From Bacteroidetes bacterium MedPE-SWsnd-G1 (GTDB lineage Bacteria > Bacteroidota > Bacteroidia > Flavobacteriales > Flavobacteriaceae), in the NCBI GenBank assembly GCA_001874265.1, contig MPDD01000006.1, forward strand, positions 31,778-95,777: 64,000 nucleotides of DNA, written 5' to 3'. Both the position numbers and the translations under genes were made by a program. Numbering within the stretch: the stretch's first letter is position 1; each line of letters opens with the position of its first letter. The notes under the pieces are model-generated. The model saw nothing but the letters and a program-made list of their open reading frames with translations. It did no database searches and was not told the DNA's origin. Shown piece after piece: positions 31,037-41,433 of this stretch.

Positions 31037-31948
31037 TTAATTTAATTCAAAAACTGCTCCTGCACTAGTTAGAGAAGTATTCGAAAATATTTTGCACGCT
31101 TCGGACTCAAATCCTTCATATGTTTTATATCTATTTGAAAAATGACCCAAAATAAGTTTGCCAACATTCGCCTTTTTTGCAATCATAGCGGCTTGCTGTG
31201 CTGTACTATGTTTCGTTTTTAAGGCTAAATCTTCTTTATCTTTTAAAAAAGTGGCTTCATGGTATAATAAATCTACATTTTGTATAATTGGTATAATGGG
31301 TTCGTGATACATGGTATCACTACAAAAAGCATAACTTAAAGGTTTGTTTGGGTCTGTTGTGAGTTTTTCATTTTTAATTATTGTACCACTGCTTAATTTA
31401 AAATCTTTACCATTTTTTAGATTTTGATAATCACAAATTTCAATTTCATCATATTTTGAAATCTCTTTCATATCTAATTTCCGTTCTCCAATCTTTTCTT
31501 TAAATAAAAACCCGTTTGTGTATATTCTATGTTTAAGAGGTATTGTATAAACTGCTACTTTTTTATCTTCAAAAATCAACTCACTTTCCTTAGATGATAG
31601 TTCATGAAATTTGATAGGGTAACCAGCAAATGATTCGGATAACCTAAGTTGGGTGACAATTAACTCTTTAATTCCTTTTGGTCCGTAAACTGTTAATTCA
31701 GTTTCCCTGTTTAATAGGCGAAAAGTTGAAATAAGACCGATAAGACCAAATACATGATCCCCATGTAAATGTGATATAAAAATACGTTTGATCTTAGAGA
31801 ATTTTACTTTGTATTTTCGCATTTGCACTTGTGTGCCTTCTCCGCAATCAATTAAAAAGGAATGGTTCTTTATTTCTAATATTTGAGCCGTTGGGTGCGT
31901 AGTCGTTTTTGGAGTAGCACTATGACAGCCTAATATTGTAAGTTTCAT
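31037..31948 (-). CDS. rnz: Ribonuclease Z
   Basis: LIDCGEGTQ, SHLHGDH, SDT, HEATF, HST, GHFSNRY. Confidence 0.95.
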   Translation of the reverse strand: MKLTILGCHSATPKTTTHPTAQILEIKNHSFLIDCGEGTQVQMRKYKVKFSKIKRIFISHLHGDHVFGLIGLISTFRLLNRETELTVYGPKGIKELIVTQLRLSESFAGYPIKFHELSSKESELIFEDKKVAVYTIPLKHRIYTNGFLFKEKIGERKLDMKEISKYDEIEICDYQNLKNGKDFKLSSGTIIKNEKLTTDPNKPLSYAFCSDTMYHEPIIPIIQNVDLLYHEATFLKDKEDLALKTKHSTAQQAAMIAKKANVGKLILGHFSNRYKTYEGFESEACKIFSNTSLTSAGAVFELN

Positions 31949-31950
31949 AC

Positions 31951-32307
31951 TTATTTTATTATAAGTCGCTTAGATATAATACCAGAATCGGTCTGTATAG
32001 AGTAAATATACATTCCTGCATCTAATTTTTCTTTAAAGAAGATAAAGTCATTTTTACCGGGATTTGCTAAAACTCTGTTTATATAAACGGTTTTGCCTAA
32101 TAAATTTTTAACTGTGAATACTGCAAACTGTGTACTTGCACTAAAAAAAGTGATTGTTGTTTTTGCAGTTAAAGGGTTTGGGTAGGCAGACAACTTATCA
32201 ATATTTTTTTCTTGAAAAACATTAGGAGCTTCATTTAATTGAAGGTTGTTTGCTGAAATAAGGGGTGTTATACTTAAAAGAAGTATATAAAGTATTTTTT
32301 TCATCAA
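31951..32307 (-). CDS. Small T9SS type-A sorting-domain protein
   Basis: Signal peptide then AYPNP..VKNLLGKTV..LDAGMYIYSI..SKRLIIK. Confidence 0.85.
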   Translation of the reverse strand: MMKKILYILLLSITPLISANNLQLNEAPNVFQEKNIDKLSAYPNPLTAKTTITFFSASTQFAVFTVKNLLGKTVYINRVLANPGKNDFIFFKEKLDAGMYIYSIQTDSGIISKRLIIK

Positions 32308-32322
32308 TAAGCCTATTACTTT

Positions 32323-32658
32323 TTAAAAATTCATTAAATCACGTTCAATCGCATCTAATTCCAAAACGTCAATCGCTTCAGTTAAAGTAGGAACGATGTT
32401 AATTTCATCAGGAACATCATCAATATCAATTCCTTTTGATATTATCACAAATGACATGCCATTTTCTCGAAAATCATTAGCGATATTCAAAAATAGTAGG
32501 ATTTCTTGAATAGTAATGTTAAATGTTTCAGAAAAATGCAGGACAAGGTGTTCTTTTTCAAGAATTTTAACCTCCTCTAAAAAAGAACCATAAAATCCCT
32601 CAACCGAATTTTCGGTTGGTGTTACGAGGATGTAATTGTCTTTTTTTTGCAAATCCAT
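32323..32658 (-). CDS. Conserved hypothetical protein (acidic, STAS-like tail)
   Basis: SFVII..DDVPDEINIVPTLTEAIDVLELDAIERDL; lies between pyrB and rnz. Confidence 0.7.
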   Translation of the reverse strand: MDLQKKDNYILVTPTENSVEGFYGSFLEEVKILEKEHLVLHFSETFNITIQEILLFLNIANDFRENGMSFVIISKGIDIDDVPDEINIVPTLTEAIDVLELDAIERDLMNF

Positions 32659-32662
32659 TCGT

Positions 32663-33592
32663 TTATCTTTTTATTTGTTGTGCCAATAAATAGATTACAG
32701 CCATTCTTACGGCCACACCATTTTCTACCTGATTTAAAATAATTGATTGTTTAGCATCTGCCACATCGCTTGTAATTTCTACACCTCTATTTATAGGTCC
32801 TGGGTGCATAATTACTATATCTTTATCTATAGAATCTAAAAGATCTTTATTAACCCCGAATAACTGAGTATATTCTCTTGTCGAAGGAAAATAACTTACA
32901 TCCATCCGTTCATTTTGAACACGTAACATATTCGCAACATCGCACCATTCTAACGCTTTTTTAAGATTTGTCTCAACTTCAACACCTAAACTTGTAATAT
33001 GTTTTGGAATTAATGTTGTAGGTCCGCAAACCTTTACTTCAGCACCTTGTAGTTTTAAGGCAAAAATGTTAGATAGAGCAACTCTAGAATGTAAGATGTC
33101 TCCAACAATAACAACTTTTTTTCCTTTTACATCTCCTAATTTTTCTCTAATAGAATAGGAATCTAAAAGAGCTTGAGTAGGATGTTCGTGTGTTCCATCA
33201 CCTGCGTTTATTATTTTCGCATCTACATGTTGTGATAAAAATACACCCGCACCAACATTTGGATGACGCATTACAACAATATCTACCTTCATAGATAAAA
33301 TATTGTTTACCGTGTCAATTAAAGTCTCTCCTTTTTTTACGGAAGATTGGCCAGCGGAAAAATTGATTACGTCTGCCGATAATCTTTTTTCAGCAAGTTC
33401 AAATGAGAGTTTTGTCCTTGTACTGTTTTCAAAAAAAAGATTTGCTATGGTGATATCTCTTAATGAAGGAACCTTTTTGATTGGTCTATTTATTACCTCT
33501 TTAAAATGGTCGGCAGTTTTAAAAATTAAATCAATATCACTTTTTTGCAAGTATTTTATTCCAAGTAAATGCTCTACGCTTAATTGACCCAT
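32663..33592 (-). CDS. pyrB: Aspartate carbamoyltransferase catalytic subunit
   Basis: FFENSTRTKLSF, NAGDGTHEHPTQALLD, MHPGPINRG. Confidence 0.97.
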   Translation of the reverse strand: MGQLSVEHLLGIKYLQKSDIDLIFKTADHFKEVINRPIKKVPSLRDITIANLFFENSTRTKLSFELAEKRLSADVINFSAGQSSVKKGETLIDTVNNILSMKVDIVVMRHPNVGAGVFLSQHVDAKIINAGDGTHEHPTQALLDSYSIREKLGDVKGKKVVIVGDILHSRVALSNIFALKLQGAEVKVCGPTTLIPKHITSLGVEVETNLKKALEWCDVANMLRVQNERMDVSYFPSTREYTQLFGVNKDLLDSIDKDIVIMHPGPINRGVEITSDVADAKQSIILNQVENGVAVRMAVIYLLAQQIKR

Positions 33593-33593
33593 T

Positions 33594-34136
33594 TTAGTCG
33601 TTTTTTATTAGGTAAATTGCGTCTTTTCCATCTTGCTCTTTCCATTGAACCACAACCTTTTCATTGTTTATTGCATCTATTTGCCTACCTCTATAATTAG
33701 GTTGGATAGGTAAGTGTCTACTAAACCTTCTATCAATTAAGACTAAAAGTTCTATTTTGTTAGGCCTACCAAACGATTGAATGGCCGATAAGGCCGCTCT
33801 AATGCTTCTGCCAGAATATAAAACATCGTCTATAAATACAATATTCTTATTTTCAATTTCACAAGTTAAATGTGTTTTGTTGGCTTCTAGTGGTGCATCC
33901 CTTCTTCTAAAATCGTCGCGATAAAAAGTAATATCTAAATCACCAGAATTAATGTTGTCAATTTTATAATCTTCTTTCAATATTTTCTTTAACCTATTAG
34001 CTAAATGAATGCCACGAGGCTGAAGTCCAATTAAAACGGTGTTTGAGAAGTCGTTGTGGTTTTCAATTAACTGACACGCCAATCGATTTAAAATGATGTG
34101 AATTTCTGTTGAGTTAAGTAAATTTTTGTGACTCAT
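33594..34136 (-). CDS. pyrR: Bifunctional PyrR regulator / uracil phosphoribosyltransferase
   Basis: LDITFYRDD, IDDVLYSGRSIRAAL, LIDRRFSRHLPIQP; ATG at 34136; TATATTTG promoter element at 34174-34167. Confidence 0.93.
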   Translation of the reverse strand: MSHKNLLNSTEIHIILNRLACQLIENHNDFSNTVLIGLQPRGIHLANRLKKILKEDYKIDNINSGDLDITFYRDDFRRRDAPLEANKTHLTCEIENKNIVFIDDVLYSGRSIRAALSAIQSFGRPNKIELLVLIDRRFSRHLPIQPNYRGRQIDAINNEKVVVQWKEQDGKDAIYLIKND

Positions 34137-34268
34137 AAGATGTTTTTCCAAACGCTGTTCGGAGTACAAATATACATATTGTTAATTAAATTGTTAAAAA
34201 CAAAAACAGTATTTTCTAATATGAACGAGTTCAAGGACTACTTTTAAAGTGTAAATGAATTAACGTTT

Positions 34269-35666
34269 ATGCTTCATAACTCCAATCAGAATAAAAAGTT
34301 GTCTCTTTCGAAATTCGAATCTATGCTGAAGACGAATAGTGTTTACTTTTTTGATTCGACAGAATTCGAAGGTATCATACAGTATTATCTTGATGTTGGA
34401 AGACAATCTTTAGCTCACAAAGCAATTAAGTTGGGACTAGACCAACACCCAACTTCTATTAATTTAAAATTATTACATGCAGAACTCTTGATTTATGAAG
34501 ATAAGTTAGAAGAAGCAGATAGAATTTTGACCGAATTACACGCCATAGAGCCTAATAATGAAGAGGTTTATGTACAGAAGGCTACAATTTTATCAAAACG
34601 TAAAGAACATCTTAAAGCAATAGACTCTTTAAAAATAGCCTTAGCATTTACCGATGAGCAATCAGATATTTTAGCCATGATTGGTGTTGAATATTTGTAC
34701 TTAGATAATTTTGATTCCGCTAGACTGAGTTTTGCCAAATGTTTGGAAGTCGATTACGAAGATTATTCCTCTTTATATAATGTAATTTATTGTTTCGATA
34801 TGCAAAATCAACATGCTGAAGCAATTACTTATTTAACTTCATTTATTGATAGAGAACCGTTTTCAGAAGTTGCTTGGCATCAATTGGGAAGACAGCATTT
34901 TATTCTAGAAGAATATGAGTCTGCCTTAAGAGCATTTGATTATGCAGTTGTTATAGACGAAAGTTTTGTTGGTGCATATTTAGAAAAGGCAAAAACCTTA
35001 GAACAATTAAAACAATACGAGGAAGCTATTGAAAATTACCTAATAACGATTGAGTTAGATGATCCAACAGCATTTGCTTATTGCAGAGTAGGAGAGTGTA
35101 ATTATAAGTTGGGTAATAGAGATTTGGCGCTAAAATATTTTAAGAAAACCGTTCGTGAAGATCCATTATTGGATAAAGGATGGATTGCACTAACCAATTT
35201 GTATTGTGAAGAAAAACGATACCAAAAAGCCTTATATTTTATAAATAAAGCGATTGCAATTGACGAATCAAATACTTTGTATTGGAGAAAGTATGCTGAG
35301 ATTAATTTGAAATTAGATTTCTATGAAGAAGTAATCAAAGCATTTAAAAATTGTATTGAGTACAATGATAAAAGTCTAGACATTTTTGTTGGTTTATCTG
35401 ATGTATTGAACTTTATTGGTGATTTTGAAGATGCTTTAAAGGTATTAATCACAGCCATGAGAGAATATCCTATTCATGCTGAAATTGAATACAGAATTGG
35501 ATGCCTAAATTTAATTTTAGGAGATGATGAAAAAGGACTTAAGTACCTGCGTAAGGGACTTGAATCTGATTTTGAATACCATACAATTTTTAAAGAATTA
35601 TTCCCTGGAGTGTTCGATTTAGAAATGGTAAAAGAAGAAATTCTTAAGCATAAAAAATCGATATAG
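34269..35666 (+). CDS. Tetratricopeptide repeat protein
   Basis: Multiple TPR units (AWHQLGRQHF..YESALRAFDYAVVID). Confidence 0.88.
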   Translation: MLHNSNQNKKLSLSKFESMLKTNSVYFFDSTEFEGIIQYYLDVGRQSLAHKAIKLGLDQHPTSINLKLLHAELLIYEDKLEEADRILTELHAIEPNNEEVYVQKATILSKRKEHLKAIDSLKIALAFTDEQSDILAMIGVEYLYLDNFDSARLSFAKCLEVDYEDYSSLYNVIYCFDMQNQHAEAITYLTSFIDREPFSEVAWHQLGRQHFILEEYESALRAFDYAVVIDESFVGAYLEKAKTLEQLKQYEEAIENYLITIELDDPTAFAYCRVGECNYKLGNRDLALKYFKKTVREDPLLDKGWIALTNLYCEEKRYQKALYFINKAIAIDESNTLYWRKYAEINLKLDFYEEVIKAFKNCIEYNDKSLDIFVGLSDVLNFIGDFEDALKVLITAMREYPIHAEIEYRIGCLNLILGDDEKGLKYLRKGLESDFEYHTIFKELFPGVFDLEMVKEEILKHKKSI

Positions 35667-35757
35667 ATCAAATTTAGTTTTCAATTATTTTATTAAAAAA
35701 AAGAGCAGGATTCTTTCTGTTTAAAGCATTACATTTGTTTTACAAAAACAACAACCA

Positions 35758-36681
35758 ATGCAAAATCGTTCATTTAAGCAATATTTAGTTATAAGTTTAA
35801 AAGGTATAGCCATGGGGGCTGCCGATGTTGTACCAGGCGTTTCTGGTGGTACAATTGCTTTTATATCTGGTATTTACGAAGAATTATTGTCTTCGATAAG
35901 TTCTATAAAATTTAGTTTAATAGGAAAGCTTAAAACCGAAGGAATAAAATCTGTTTGGAACCACGTTAACGGAAACTTTTTGTTAGCACTCTTGGTAGGT
36001 ATCGGAATTAGTGTTGTGTCTTTAGCTAAGGTGCTTTCTTGGTTGTTAGACAATGAACCTGTATTGTTATGGTCTTTCTTTTTTGGTCTGGTTTTAGCCA
36101 GTGTGTTATTTATTGGTAAAAGCATTTCGAAATGGAACATACGAACAATTGTTGTCTTTTTATTAGGTACGATATTGGCCTATTATATTTCAACATTACA
36201 GCCACTGATTTCAGACAGTTCATCTCTGTTATATTTATTTATAGCAGGCTCTTTAGCAATTTGCGCTATGATTTTACCTGGTATTTCAGGAGCCTTTATT
36301 TTGGTATTGTTAGGTGCGTATAAAACAGTTTTAGAAGCAGTTCATAATAGAGATTTTAAAATAATTATAACAGTAGGTCTCGGAGCGGTTGTTGGATTAT
36401 TAACGTTTTCTAAAATCTTAAAGTGGATGTTTAATAATTATAAGGATCTTACCCTTGCTGTTTTAACAGGTTTTGTGCTTGGCTCTTTGAACAAAATTTG
36501 GCCTTGGAAAAAAGTAATCAAATCAAAAATGATAGAAGACAAACTAATCATTTTAAAAGAGCAAAGTATTTCTCCGTTTAATTTTGAAGGAGAGAATCAA
36601 TTTGTATTAGCATTGATATTGGCAATTAGTGGGTTTATATCAATAATTATAATGGAAAAAATTGCAGTGAAGGATGCTTAA
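35758..36681 (+). CDS. DUF368 membrane protein (undecaprenyl-phosphate translocase family)
   Basis: KGIAMGAADVVPGVSGGTIA and AMILPGISGA motifs. Confidence 0.9.
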   Translation: MQNRSFKQYLVISLKGIAMGAADVVPGVSGGTIAFISGIYEELLSSISSIKFSLIGKLKTEGIKSVWNHVNGNFLLALLVGIGISVVSLAKVLSWLLDNEPVLLWSFFFGLVLASVLFIGKSISKWNIRTIVVFLLGTILAYYISTLQPLISDSSSLLYLFIAGSLAICAMILPGISGAFILVLLGAYKTVLEAVHNRDFKIIITVGLGAVVGLLTFSKILKWMFNNYKDLTLAVLTGFVLGSLNKIWPWKKVIKSKMIEDKLIILKEQSISPFNFEGENQFVLALILAISGFISIIIMEKIAVKDA

Positions 36682-37696
36682 TAATCGCTCGTCTATAGAT
36701 AATGTTTTTCTCTTTTTTAAGGGATTGTCTATGGGTGCAGCGAATAAAGTTCCAGGTGTATCTGGGGGTATGGTAGCTTTTGTGTTAGACTTTTATGAAG
36801 AGTTAATTTATTCATTCCAAAAAATAAATCTTAAAGCTTTTAAATTATTAGTTAATAGGGGATTTAAACCTTTCTATAGATATGTTAATGGTCGTTTTTT
36901 ACTTTTAGTAATGGGCGGAAGCGTATTTTCATATTTTAGTGTTTCCATTTTATTAGATTATTTAATAAGGCACTATGAACTATACGTTTGGAGCTGGTTT
37001 TTTGGGATGATTCTAGGTTCAATATACTACATAGGAAAAGACTTTAATAAATGGACTGTAATTAGAATTGTCTCTATCGCATTAGGAATGACTGTTGGAA
37101 TTGCGATTAGTTTTATGAGTCCAGCTACAGAAAATGACAATTTATGGTTTGTGTTTTTCTGTGGAATAATTGGTGTGTCGGGTATGACCTTACCGGGTCT
37201 TTCAGGTTCTTTTATTCTTATATTAATGGGGAATTATGTATTGTTACTGGTAGATTCTGTTACCATGTTATATAAGACAATTACCGATATTTTTACATGG
37301 AACTGGGAATTTATAAATGACCCGAATAGAATTAGATATCTTAAAATTGTAGGAGTTTTTACAGCAGGTTCAGTATTTGGATTGGTTTCTATTTCACATA
37401 TTCTAAGTTACGTTTTAAAGCGCTGGAATCATATTGTTACTGCAGTGATTTTAGGTTTTATAACAGGTTCTTTGGGTAATGTATGGCCATGGAAAAAGGC
37501 GGTGTATAAGAAAAATGGAGATCAATTATTAACGGATATGAATGGTGACTATATTATACAAAATTACAAGCGGTACATTCCAGAAATGAATATGTCAGAG
37601 TCTTGGATAGCATTGGGCTATATTGTTTTAGGGATAGGGGTTATTCTGTTTTTAGATTATTATTCAAAAAGAAATAAGATTAATGAAAATGCATAA
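36674..37696 (+). CDS. DUF368 membrane protein, second paralogue
   Basis: KGLSMGAANKVPGVSGGMVA, GMTLPGLSGS. Confidence 0.88.
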   Translation: MLNNRSSIDNVFLFFKGLSMGAANKVPGVSGGMVAFVLDFYEELIYSFQKINLKAFKLLVNRGFKPFYRYVNGRFLLLVMGGSVFSYFSVSILLDYLIRHYELYVWSWFFGMILGSIYYIGKDFNKWTVIRIVSIALGMTVGIAISFMSPATENDNLWFVFFCGIIGVSGMTLPGLSGSFILILMGNYVLLLVDSVTMLYKTITDIFTWNWEFINDPNRIRYLKIVGVFTAGSVFGLVSISHILSYVLKRWNHIVTAVILGFITGSLGNVWPWKKAVYKKNGDQLLTDMNGDYIIQNYKRYIPEMNMSESWIALGYIVLGIGVILFLDYYSKRNKINENA

Positions 37697-38432
37697 AAAA
37701 TTTGGATTGATCGGAAAGGACATTTCCTACTCGTTTTCTCAAGGATATTTTACAGATAAGTTTAAAAAAGAAAAGATTGAAAATGTTTCGTATCAAAATT
37801 TTGATCTCCCAGAAATATTCGAATTTCCATTTTTAGTTTATCATAAAGAAGAGGAGTTTGGTGGATTTAATGTTACTATACCTTATAAAGAATCCATAAT
37901 AAAATACCTTTCAGATATAGATGATGAAGCCAAGGAGATTGGTGCAGTAAATACGATAAAAATTACTGAAGATAATCAGTTAATCGGATATAATACTGAT
38001 ATCTATGGTTTTGAAAACTCACTGAAACCTCAATTAAAAGATCATCATAAAAAAGCATTGATTTTGGGTACAGGAGGTGCTTCAAAAGCTATTGCTTTTG
38101 TGCTGAAAAAATTAGAGATAGCATTTGTATTTGTTTCTAGAAACCCTTCAAATGTAAATGAATTGTCTTACCAAGAGGTTACCAAAGAGATTATGGAAAG
38201 CCATACTTTAATCATTAATTGTTCTCCAGTTGGTACGTATCCTAATATTCAAGACTGTCCTAGTATTCCTTATGAACATTTATCGGATAAACATTATTTG
38301 TTTGATTTAATATACAACCCATCTCAAACAAAGTTTTTAACTAATGGTAAAAATGTAGGTGCCTCAATTAAAAATGGACATGAAATGCTAGAACTTCAGG
38401 CAGAGAAATCTTGGGAGATATGGAATAAATAA
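37683..38432 (+). CDS. aroE: Shikimate dehydrogenase
   Basis: SFS, NVTIPYK, GAVNT, GYNTD, LGTGGAS, DLIYNP. Confidence 0.93.
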   Translation: MKMHKKFGLIGKDISYSFSQGYFTDKFKKEKIENVSYQNFDLPEIFEFPFLVYHKEEEFGGFNVTIPYKESIIKYLSDIDDEAKEIGAVNTIKITEDNQLIGYNTDIYGFENSLKPQLKDHHKKALILGTGGASKAIAFVLKKLEIAFVFVSRNPSNVNELSYQEVTKEIMESHTLIINCSPVGTYPNIQDCPSIPYEHLSDKHYLFDLIYNPSQTKFLTNGKNVGASIKNGHEMLELQAEKSWEIWNK

Positions 38433-38559
38433 TCCACGCCTTAATACTTACGATTTTTTTTAAGTATGTTTGTAGAAACAATGTCAGGTACACTGAACTT
38501 TAAGAGTGGGTTTCAGTTTTAATTCCTGGCTTATTATGGACCTTTAAACATTATAGAAA

Positions 38560-40458
38560 ATGTTAGACGCTGCAAATGAAAACCTTCCCAACGAATCAGA
38601 AGAAATCAATTCTGAATCTGAAAATAATAAACCGGAAAATAAGAATGACAATGCTTCTTCTGATATGACAGAAGAACAAGTTGTTAATGAAATAGATGAT
38701 CAGATAGCAGAAACTTCGGAAAAGGAAGAAGAACAAAATGAAGAGGAAGAGGTGAACTATGAGACTATGGAGTTGGAGGAACTCGTGGTTGAATTGGAGA
38801 AAATTATTAATAACAATGAGGTTCAAAAGATAAACAAGCAAGTAAATAGTATTAAAAATGTGTTTAATTCTAAGTTCTCTAAAATACTTGCAGAAAAGAA
38901 AGCACAATTTTTAGCAGAGGGTGGAGAAAGTATAGATTTTAAATATTCTAATCCTTTAAAGACCAGCTATAATACTTTGGTAAAGGATTTCAAGGAAAAA
39001 CGAGATAAGTATTATAAGAATCTTGAGACCGAATTAAGTGGAAATCTAGATCTGCGTTTAAGCGTTATAGAGCAATTAAAAGATTTGATTAAGAACGGAG
39101 ATTCTAAAACAATGTACACTCAATTTAAAGGGTTGCAGGAACGTTGGAAACGAATAGGTCCTGTAGCAAGAGAAAAGTATAATGACACTTGGAGAACTTA
39201 TCATCATCATGTAGAGCGTTTTTATGATTTATTACATTTAAGTAATGATTTTAGAGATCTTGATTTTCAGCATAATTTAGATGAAAAACTAAAACTTGTA
39301 AAAAAGGTGGAGGAATTGGCAGAAATGCCAGATGTAAATGCAGCCTTTAAGCAATTGCAGGTAATTCATAAAATGTGGAAAGAGGACATTGGTCCAGTAG
39401 CAAGAGATATTAGAGAAGAGGTTTGGGGTAAGTTTAGTGCTGCAACAAAGAAGATTCATGATAAACGCCACGATTATTTCAGAGGTTTAAAAGGAAAGTA
39501 CGAAGAAAATATTGAGAAAAAACTTGTTGTAATTAAGCAAATTGAAGAAGTAGATACTTCTAAAAATACTTCTCACAACGATTGGCAAGGGAGTATAAAG
39601 AAAATTGAAAGTTTAAGAGATCAATTCTTTAAAATTGGTCGTGTTCCTAAATCAGAAAGTGATAAAATATGGGAAAAGTTTAAAGGAGCAACAAAAAAGT
39701 TTAATAAAGAAAAGAATAACTTTTATAAGAATATAAAAGGTGAGCAACAACAAAATTTAGAAAAAAAACTAAAATTGATTGAGCGAGCCGAGGCTGCTAA
39801 AGACAGCGAAGATTGGGAGGAGACAACTGAATTAATGAAGAAAATTCAGTTTGAATGGAAACAAATAGGACATGTTCCAAGAAAGTATTCTGATAAAATA
39901 TGGAATCAATTTAGAAATGCTTGTAACCACTATTTTGATCGTTTTCATGAATACAAAAATGAAGGGAGCAAAGAAGAACAAGAAATTCTAAATAAGAAAA
40001 AAGCCCTATTAGAGTTGATAAAAACGCAAACTCAAGATATTGAGAAAGTTGAAATTGAGGCGCTAAAAGAACAGATCAAAGAATGGCATTCTCTAGGAAA
40101 GGTTCCTTATAGTATGCGACATGTAGAATCAAAGTTTTCCAAATTAATAGATAAAGTTTTTGGACAATTATCAATTGATCCTAACGAGTTGGAAATGATG
40201 CGTTTTAAGAACCAGATTGAGGGCTTATTAGCGCGGAATAATTTTAGAAAATTAGATGGAGAACAGTTGTATTTAAGAAAGAAAATTGACGAGTTGATAC
40301 GTGAGAAACAACAACTTGAGAATAATATTAATTTCTTTGCAAATGCAAAATCTGACAATCCTCTTTTGAAAAATGTGCAAAAGAATATTTCCTTAATCGA
40401 AAAGAAGTTGGCTGGATTTAAACTGAAATTATCTTATTTGTCTCAGTTGGATTATTAA
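38560..40458 (+). CDS. DUF349 repeat coiled-coil protein
   Basis: Repeated WKxIGPVxR..W..F units; acidic low-complexity N-terminus. Confidence 0.88.
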   Translation: MLDAANENLPNESEEINSESENNKPENKNDNASSDMTEEQVVNEIDDQIAETSEKEEEQNEEEEVNYETMELEELVVELEKIINNNEVQKINKQVNSIKNVFNSKFSKILAEKKAQFLAEGGESIDFKYSNPLKTSYNTLVKDFKEKRDKYYKNLETELSGNLDLRLSVIEQLKDLIKNGDSKTMYTQFKGLQERWKRIGPVAREKYNDTWRTYHHHVERFYDLLHLSNDFRDLDFQHNLDEKLKLVKKVEELAEMPDVNAAFKQLQVIHKMWKEDIGPVARDIREEVWGKFSAATKKIHDKRHDYFRGLKGKYEENIEKKLVVIKQIEEVDTSKNTSHNDWQGSIKKIESLRDQFFKIGRVPKSESDKIWEKFKGATKKFNKEKNNFYKNIKGEQQQNLEKKLKLIERAEAAKDSEDWEETTELMKKIQFEWKQIGHVPRKYSDKIWNQFRNACNHYFDRFHEYKNEGSKEEQEILNKKKALLELIKTQTQDIEKVEIEALKEQIKEWHSLGKVPYSMRHVESKFSKLIDKVFGQLSIDPNELEMMRFKNQIEGLLARNNFRKLDGEQLYLRKKIDELIREKQQLENNINFFANAKSDNPLLKNVQKNISLIEKKLAGFKLKLSYLSQLDY

Positions 40459-40478
40459 AAATTATCGGTAAGATATAT

Positions 40479-40521
40479 TACGAATAAAAAACGCTCCAAT
40501 TGGAGCGTTTTTTTATTCGTA
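40479..40521. terminator. Bidirectional terminator (near-perfect 43-nt palindrome)
   Basis: tacgaataaaaaacgctccaa/ttggagcgtttttttattcgta between convergent genes. Confidence 0.9.
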
Positions 40522-40536
40522 TAATTCCAGTTTAAA

Positions 40537-41154
40537 TTACTTTTTAATTAGGTTTATGCTAGCATCAATCTGAACGTCATCCCATGTTTTGCTAACGCCA
40601 TCGGCACCTTTATGCAAGTCAAAACAAGCCTTGTTAATACTCGCAATTGCTTCTTGACCATCCCAATTATTTAAGTCCATTGTACCGGTTAGAATAAATT
40701 CATTATTCTCTAAAGTGTATGTGATAGGAACTTCATTTGAAATGCCGTTCATAGTAACAGTTAAGGTCCCTGTTTTGTCCTCATTAATATGAAGTTTCCC
40801 TGTTAATGCCGTTGTGTTTTTCATAGCACCAAAAAAGAATTGCTTCAATTTAGAATCTCTATCATCGTTATTTGTAAAAATGCTACTAACAGGAATATTA
40901 AATTCTGTACTATTGATCAATTCAATTGGATTTGAAGTGGACTTTCCAATTTTAAGGTTTAAATCCGTAAATTCTCCTTTTACGGCTAATTTATCTGTTG
41001 TTTTATATGCAGTCCAGCCGATTTTTGCAGACTTAGAATCCAATGTATATGAATTCTCAGGTGCTTTTTTGTCTTCTGATTTAACCTCTTTTTTACAAGA
41101 AACAGAAACGAATAGTACTGATAATATGATTAAGGATAGAATGTTTTTTTTCAT
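40537..41154 (-). CDS. YceI-like lipoprotein
   Basis: Lipobox SVSC; IGWTAYKT..VKGEF, SIFTNNDDRDSKL. Confidence 0.8.
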   Translation of the reverse strand: MKKNILSLIILSVLFVSVSCKKEVKSEDKKAPENSYTLDSKSAKIGWTAYKTTDKLAVKGEFTDLNLKIGKSTSNPIELINSTEFNIPVSSIFTNNDDRDSKLKQFFFGAMKNTTALTGKLHINEDKTGTLTVTMNGISNEVPITYTLENNEFILTGTMDLNNWDGQEAIASINKACFDLHKGADGVSKTWDDVQIDASINLIKK

Positions 41155-41411
41155 TTTAAATATTTTTTGACAAGTTTAATATATTCTAATTTAGCTTCAT
41201 CTTCACTAAGATGATTTAATTGAAACCAAGCATTTAGTTTAAAGGCATTTCTTAATTCAATATTTCCAGATGGTTGCTCATAGTTGTTTCCTCTGGTGGC
41301 TTGTTTATAGTAAGCGTAAAATTGGAGCATCACATCCTGCGGAAGTTTTTCCGAAGTGTTCGATGCCAGTTGATAGGCATCATTAAACCTAGTGTTAAGA
41401 TCCTTTTTCAT
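41151..41411 (-). CDS. Acyl-CoA-binding protein (ACBP)
   Basis: LQFYAYYKQATRG, FKLNAW, EAKLEYI. Confidence 0.9.
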   Translation of the reverse strand: MKKDLNTRFNDAYQLASNTSEKLPQDVMLQFYAYYKQATRGNNYEQPSGNIELRNAFKLNAWFQLNHLSEDEAKLEYIKLVKKYLK

Positions 41412-41433
41412 AAGAATATGCTTCCGCTATTGG

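Noticed and set aside
34137-34174. PyrR attenuator upstream of pyrR-pyrB
   Set aside because: The leader from the -7 box is only ~25 nt, with no PyrR-binding loop or terminator visible
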